Source: Gammaproteobacteria bacterium (GTDB lineage: Bacteria > Pseudomonadota > Gammaproteobacteria > UBA4575). From it: a stretch of DNA of 64,000 nt. Every line of letters starts with the position of its first letter. The stretch's first letter is position 1. The stretch spans positions 384,001-448,000 of the forward strand of contig CBDEUS010000002.1 in NCBI GenBank assembly GCA_965243395.1, in the 5' to 3' direction. A program made the translations under genes and the position numbers. The notes below the pieces were generated by a model. That model was not told the origin of the DNA, did not search any database, and was given only the letters and a program-made list of their open reading frames with translations. This document shows, piece after piece, positions 57,325 to 64,000 of this stretch.

Positions 57325-58236
57325 CTATGATGAAAATAGATAATGTACAAAGATTCCTAAAAACACCATCATCCCAAAATAATTATTATTTAAAAATGCA
57401 TAGAAACAACGGTCGGGCAAGCGATGTTTGATGAGCATCTGTTGGTAAACAAAAAATAAACTGGCTAGCGCAATGCCAGCATAGTATATCCAGCCCAATT
57501 CAGCATTAATCCCCACTAACACCAAACAAAGAATAACGAGTAATTGCAATATGCCTATCACGACTTTGTCCATAGGGCCAAATAATATTGCGGTAGATTT
57601 AACACCAATTTTTATATCGTCTTCTCGGTCCACCATCGCATATAAAGTGTCGTAGGCAGTAGTCCAAATTACTGCTGTGGTAAACAACAACCATGCCATG
57701 GGCGGTGGATAATCATTGTTTATAGCAGTGAATGCCATAGGAATGGAAAACGCAAACGCAATTCCTAGGTGTACTTGTGGTAAAAAATGAAAGCGTTTCA
57801 TAAATGGGTAGCTTGCAGCAAAAAGAGCTGCGCCTATAGCAAAGAACACTGTTAACTCATTTAAAAAAATTAACACAAGAAGTAAAGCAACGAATGCGAG
57901 GACTGCGCATACATATAATGCTTCTTTAGGTTCAATCAGACCGGCAGCAAGTGGACGGTCTCTTGTACGACCCACAAAACGATCTATATTTCGGTCAGCA
58001 TAATCATTAATCGCACAGCCCGCTGAACGTGTGAGAATGACACCCAGGATAAACACTAATAGGACTTTGATATTAGGTATTCCATCTGCGGCAATAAATA
58101 ATGCCCAGAGAGTAGGCCATAACAATAATAAAATTCCGATCGGTTTATTGAGACGCACCAATTTCGCATATAAAAATAAACGATTTACATCAATTTTACT
58201 AAATTTACCTTGGGGCTTTTGAATACGTTGAATCAT
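57325..58236 (-). CDS. ubiA: 4-hydroxybenzoate polyprenyltransferase
   Basis: RLNKPIG; NDYADR..D..RT..RP; YDTLYAMVDREDD; start set to ATG 58236. Confidence 0.96.
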   Translation of the reverse strand: MIQRIQKPQGKFSKIDVNRLFLYAKLVRLNKPIGILLLLWPTLWALFIAADGIPNIKVLLVFILGVILTRSAGCAINDYADRNIDRFVGRTRDRPLAAGLIEPKEALYVCAVLAFVALLLVLIFLNELTVFFAIGAALFAASYPFMKRFHFLPQVHLGIAFAFSIPMAFTAINNDYPPPMAWLLFTTAVIWTTAYDTLYAMVDREDDIKIGVKSTAILFGPMDKVVIGILQLLVILCLVLVGINAELGWIYYAGIALASLFFVYQQMLIKHRLPDRCFYAFLNNNYFGMMVFLGIFVHYLFSS

Positions 58237-58241
58237 ATTTT

Positions 58242-61021
<2,780 letters not shown>

Positions 61022-61030
61022 AATTATTAT

Positions 61031-61576
61031 TTAGTTTGAACGAATGATTTCACCACTGAGTAAATCACATATTGTACTTGGTATAGACGTTCCAGGTTTA
61101 CCTAAAAGTATGTAGTCCACATGAGGACCAAACCAATTTCTAACTTCTTCATAGGAGGCGAGTATTTTGTATGTGGAAAGATTAGCACTAGTTGAAACAA
61201 CACCACTCATTTTAGCTGCGAGTTGACCTGCGATGAGATGTTCACTTATACGAACGGCAATTTTTTCATGTTCTCCAGTAAGCCATGTAGGTGTTTTTTC
61301 ATTTGCAGGTACTAACCAAGTCGTATTTTCACTAACGGATATCTTTGTTTTTTGCTCTTTCGATAATGACAAAGAATATCTTTCTAAGGTTTCATAATTA
61401 TCAGCTAAAACAATTAGGCCTTTTTCAAACGCACGGTTTTTTAGCCATAGAAGTTTATTAATTGCACTTTCGTTGTAAGGGTCACAACCTAGCCCTAAAA
61501 CGGTTTCCGTACTGTAAGCAATGACACCACCATGTTGCATGATGGTAATGGCTTGCGATAATTGATTAAAGAGCAC
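61031..61576 (-). CDS. tsaC: L-threonylcarbamoyladenylate synthase (YrdC/Sua5)
   Basis: AYSTETVLGLGCDP; K.R..KGLI; STSAN. Confidence 0.92.
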   Translation of the reverse strand: MLFNQLSQAITIMQHGGVIAYSTETVLGLGCDPYNESAINKLLWLKNRAFEKGLIVLADNYETLERYSLSLSKEQKTKISVSENTTWLVPANEKTPTWLTGEHEKIAVRISEHLIAGQLAAKMSGVVSTSANLSTYKILASYEEVRNWFGPHVDYILLGKPGTSIPSTICDLLSGEIIRSN

Positions 61577-61578
61577 GT

Positions 61579-64000
61579 TTACTTTGCAGTACTTTTGTCT
61601 TTACCTGTTTTTTTGGATTTTTTTGTTGCAGCTTTTTTCTTAACAGATTTCTTTTTACTTGCAGTTTTTTTCTTTTTCGCAGTGGCTTTTTTCTTGGTGG
61701 AGGTTTTCTTTTTTGTTGCAGCTTTCTTTTTGCGTCCCCATTTTTTTTCAGGCGCCTCAGCAATCATTTTTTGACATTCTTCTAAACTGAGAGATTTTGG
61801 TTCTGTATCTTTAGGCACTTTTACATTTTTATTGCCATCGGTGACATAAGGGCCATAGCGGCCGTTGAGAATTTGGATACCTTCTTCTTCCCAGTTTTGA
61901 ATGATCTTATTGGCATCGGCAATTTTTTTCTCAGCAATAACTTCTAATGCACGTTCTAAAGTTATCGTGTATGGATCATCTCCGTTATCTTTTTTTATGG
62001 AGACATATTTGCTTCCATATTTAACATAAGGGCCAAATCGCCCAATACTTGCCGAAACTTTTTCCCCTTCCTCGGTTTCACCTAAGTCGCGTGGTAATTT
62101 AAACAACTCCATAGCTTGTTCAAATGTGATGTCTGCCATTTTCTGGCCGGGTAATAATCCCGCAAACTTTGGTTTTTCTTCATCATCACGCGTACCAATT
62201 TGCACAAAAGGCCCATAACGTCCCATACGAACGCTCACCGGTTTACCTGATTTGGGATCCGTACCGAGCTCTCTTGCTTGAACAGCTTCCTCACGCGTAA
62301 CACTTTCTTCTTTGTCAGCCACTAAAGTGTTAAACGGCTTCCAGAATTTATGCATTACAGGAACCCAGTCTTTTTCACCACGCGAGATTTCATCTAAATC
62401 ATCTTCGAGTCGTGCTGTGAAATCGTAATCTACATATTGTGTGAAATGTTTGGTTAAGAAGTCATTTACAATACGGCCCATTTCGGTTGGAGTGAATCGG
62501 CGGTTTTCAACTTCTGCATATTCACGATATTGCAAGGTTGAAATAATACTTGCGTAAGTGGAAGGTCGGCCAATTCCATATTCTTCTAATGTTTTCACCA
62601 GACTGGCTTCTGTAAACCTCGGCGGTGGTTCAGTAAAATGCTGCTCTGCTCTAATTTGATTAAGTTTTACTGATTCACCAATTTCAAAATTTGGCAGCAT
62701 TTTTTCATCAGGCTCATCTTTCTTGTCATCTGTTCCCTCCATGTAAATCTGCATGAAGCCGGGAGTTTTGATAGATGAACCGGTAGCACGAAAAATATTA
62801 CCTTCACCACAATTAAATTCTACTGCTACCAAATTTAAGGTTGCATGAATCATTTGACTTGCAACCGCACGTTTCCATATCAGCCCATAGAGTTTCAACT
62901 GATCAGTACTTAAGTGCTTTTTAATCTCCTCTGGAGAGCGCATAAAAGAAGTTGGACGAATCGCTTCGTGTGCTTCCTGGGCATTTTTAGATTTTGTTTT
63001 AAAAGTGCGTACTTCGTTTGGTAAATTTTCTTTACCATATTTGTCACCAATGAATGTTCGCAATTCGTCAATAGCTTCTTGTGCCAGTACTACTGAATCT
63101 GTACGCATATAAGTTATTAAACCTACTGCACCATCTCCCAGGTCTATACCTTCATAAAGTTGTTGAGCTACACGCATGGTTTTTTGCGCTGAAAAACGCA
63201 GTTTTCGCACCGCCTCTTGTTGCATAGTGGATGTAATAAACGGTGCTGCCGGATTACGCACACGCTCTTTTTTATCAACGCTTTTTACAACAAGTTGTCC
63301 ATTAGCGTTTTTTTCTAGTAGTTGCTTTGCCTCAAATGCATCTTTCTCATTATTAATATCAAATTGTTTAAGTTTGTTATTTTTATAAATCGAAAGCTTG
63401 GATAAAAACTCTTGTTTATCTTTTTCACAATCACCTTCGATAGTCCAATATTCTTGTGGTACAAACTTTTCAATTTCAGCCTCTCGTTCACACAATAATC
63501 TTAATGCAGGGCTTTGAACGCGACCTGCAGATAATCCGCGTTTAATTTTTTTCCATAAAAGTGGAGAGAGGTTAAAGCCAACTAAATAATCTAATGCACG
63601 ACGCGCAAGTTGTGCATTAACCAAATCATCAGAAAGTTTACGAGGATGATCTACTGCATCGTTAACTGCGCGTTTAGTAATCTCATGAAATACTACTCGA
63701 TAAACTTCTTTATCATCGAGTAACCCGCGATCTTTGAGTAATTCATATAGATGCCACGAGATTGCCTCACCTTCACGATCTGGGTCTGTTGCTAGATATA
63801 AAGCCTCGGATTTTTTCAAGGCTTTAGTAATCGCATTAACATGTTTTTCATTTTTTTCGATGATTTCATACTTCATTTCAAACTCATTGTCAGGATCTAC
63901 TGCACCTTCTTTAGGTACTAAATCACGTACGTGCCCATAAGAGGCGAGCACACCAAAGTCTTTGCCAAGATATTTTTCAATCGTTTTGGCTTTTGCAGGA
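61579..64000 (-). CDS. topA: DNA topoisomerase I, 5' end outside the window
   Basis: Frame open to the window edge (PAKAKTIEKYLG); ATDPDREGE; SAGRVQ; ITYMRTD; C-terminal GRYGP repeats and Lys-rich tail. Confidence 0.98.
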   Translation of the reverse strand, partial: PAKAKTIEKYLGKDFGVLASYGHVRDLVPKEGAVDPDNEFEMKYEIIEKNEKHVNAITKALKKSEALYLATDPDREGEAISWHLYELLKDRGLLDDKEVYRVVFHEITKRAVNDAVDHPRKLSDDLVNAQLARRALDYLVGFNLSPLLWKKIKRGLSAGRVQSPALRLLCEREAEIEKFVPQEYWTIEGDCEKDKQEFLSKLSIYKNNKLKQFDINNEKDAFEAKQLLEKNANGQLVVKSVDKKERVRNPAAPFITSTMQQEAVRKLRFSAQKTMRVAQQLYEGIDLGDGAVGLITYMRTDSVVLAQEAIDELRTFIGDKYGKENLPNEVRTFKTKSKNAQEAHEAIRPTSFMRSPEEIKKHLSTDQLKLYGLIWKRAVASQMIHATLNLVAVEFNCGEGNIFRATGSSIKTPGFMQIYMEGTDDKKDEPDEKMLPNFEIGESVKLNQIRAEQHFTEPPPRFTEASLVKTLEEYGIGRPSTYASIISTLQYREYAEVENRRFTPTEMGRIVNDFLTKHFTQYVDYDFTARLEDDLDEISRGEKDWVPVMHKFWKPFNTLVADKEESVTREEAVQARELGTDPKSGKPVSVRMGRYGPFVQIGTRDDEEKPKFAGLLPGQKMADITFEQAMELFKLPRDLGETEEGEKVSASIGRFGPYVKYGSKYVSIKKDNGDDPYTITLERALEVIAEKKIADANKIIQNWEEEGIQILNGRYGPYVTDGNKNVKVPKDTEPKSLSLEECQKMIAEAPEKKWGRKKKAATKKKTSTKKKATAKKKKTASKKKSVKKKAATKKSKKTGKDKSTAK

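Noticed and set aside
61579-61740. Tandem DNA repeat or contingency locus
   Set aside because: Low complexity is explained by the Lys/Ala/Thr-rich TopA tail; no exact repeat unit

Overview
An AT-rich gammaproteobacterial chromosome segment spanning the replication origin. About 14.5-64 kb is conserved core: glmS-glmU, the atp operon, parBA-rsmG-mnmG-mnmE-yidC-yidD-rnpA-rpmH, dnaA-dnaN-recF-gyrB (oriC signature between dnaA and dnaN, two parS sites inside recF), then lemA with a GIDE-like/EF-hand gene, two ExoIII paralogs, ampG, pyrE, argB, algC, dut, coaBC, radC, mscL, bioFB, comF, ubiA, aroE, hemB, hemF, tsaC and a partial topA. The first 14.4 kb is accessory: a GlyGly-CTERM M12B metalloprotease, small secreted and membrane proteins, metal transporters and a redox cluster (katG, ybaN, oxyR, peroxiredoxin-like, GFA, cytochrome b561). 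The most interesting signal is non-coding and surrounds katG-oxyR. (i) A 44-bp operator/promoter motif occurs three times, upstream of katG, of ybaN, and of an ORF-less ~100-nt hairpin with a C-rich anti-Shine-Dalgarno-like loop and U-tail divergent from oxyR (candidate OxyS-position sRNA). (ii) A c-di-GMP-I riboswitch sits behind a class II CRP-type promoter and is followed by a second C-rich tract sharing CAACTCCC with that hairpin loop, not by an ORF. A 60-bp repeat with two GGA-loop hairpins occurs in two distant 3' UTRs. All calls come from reading the sequence; no searches or folding programs were run. No tRNA, rRNA, CRISPR array, transposase or integrase was seen.
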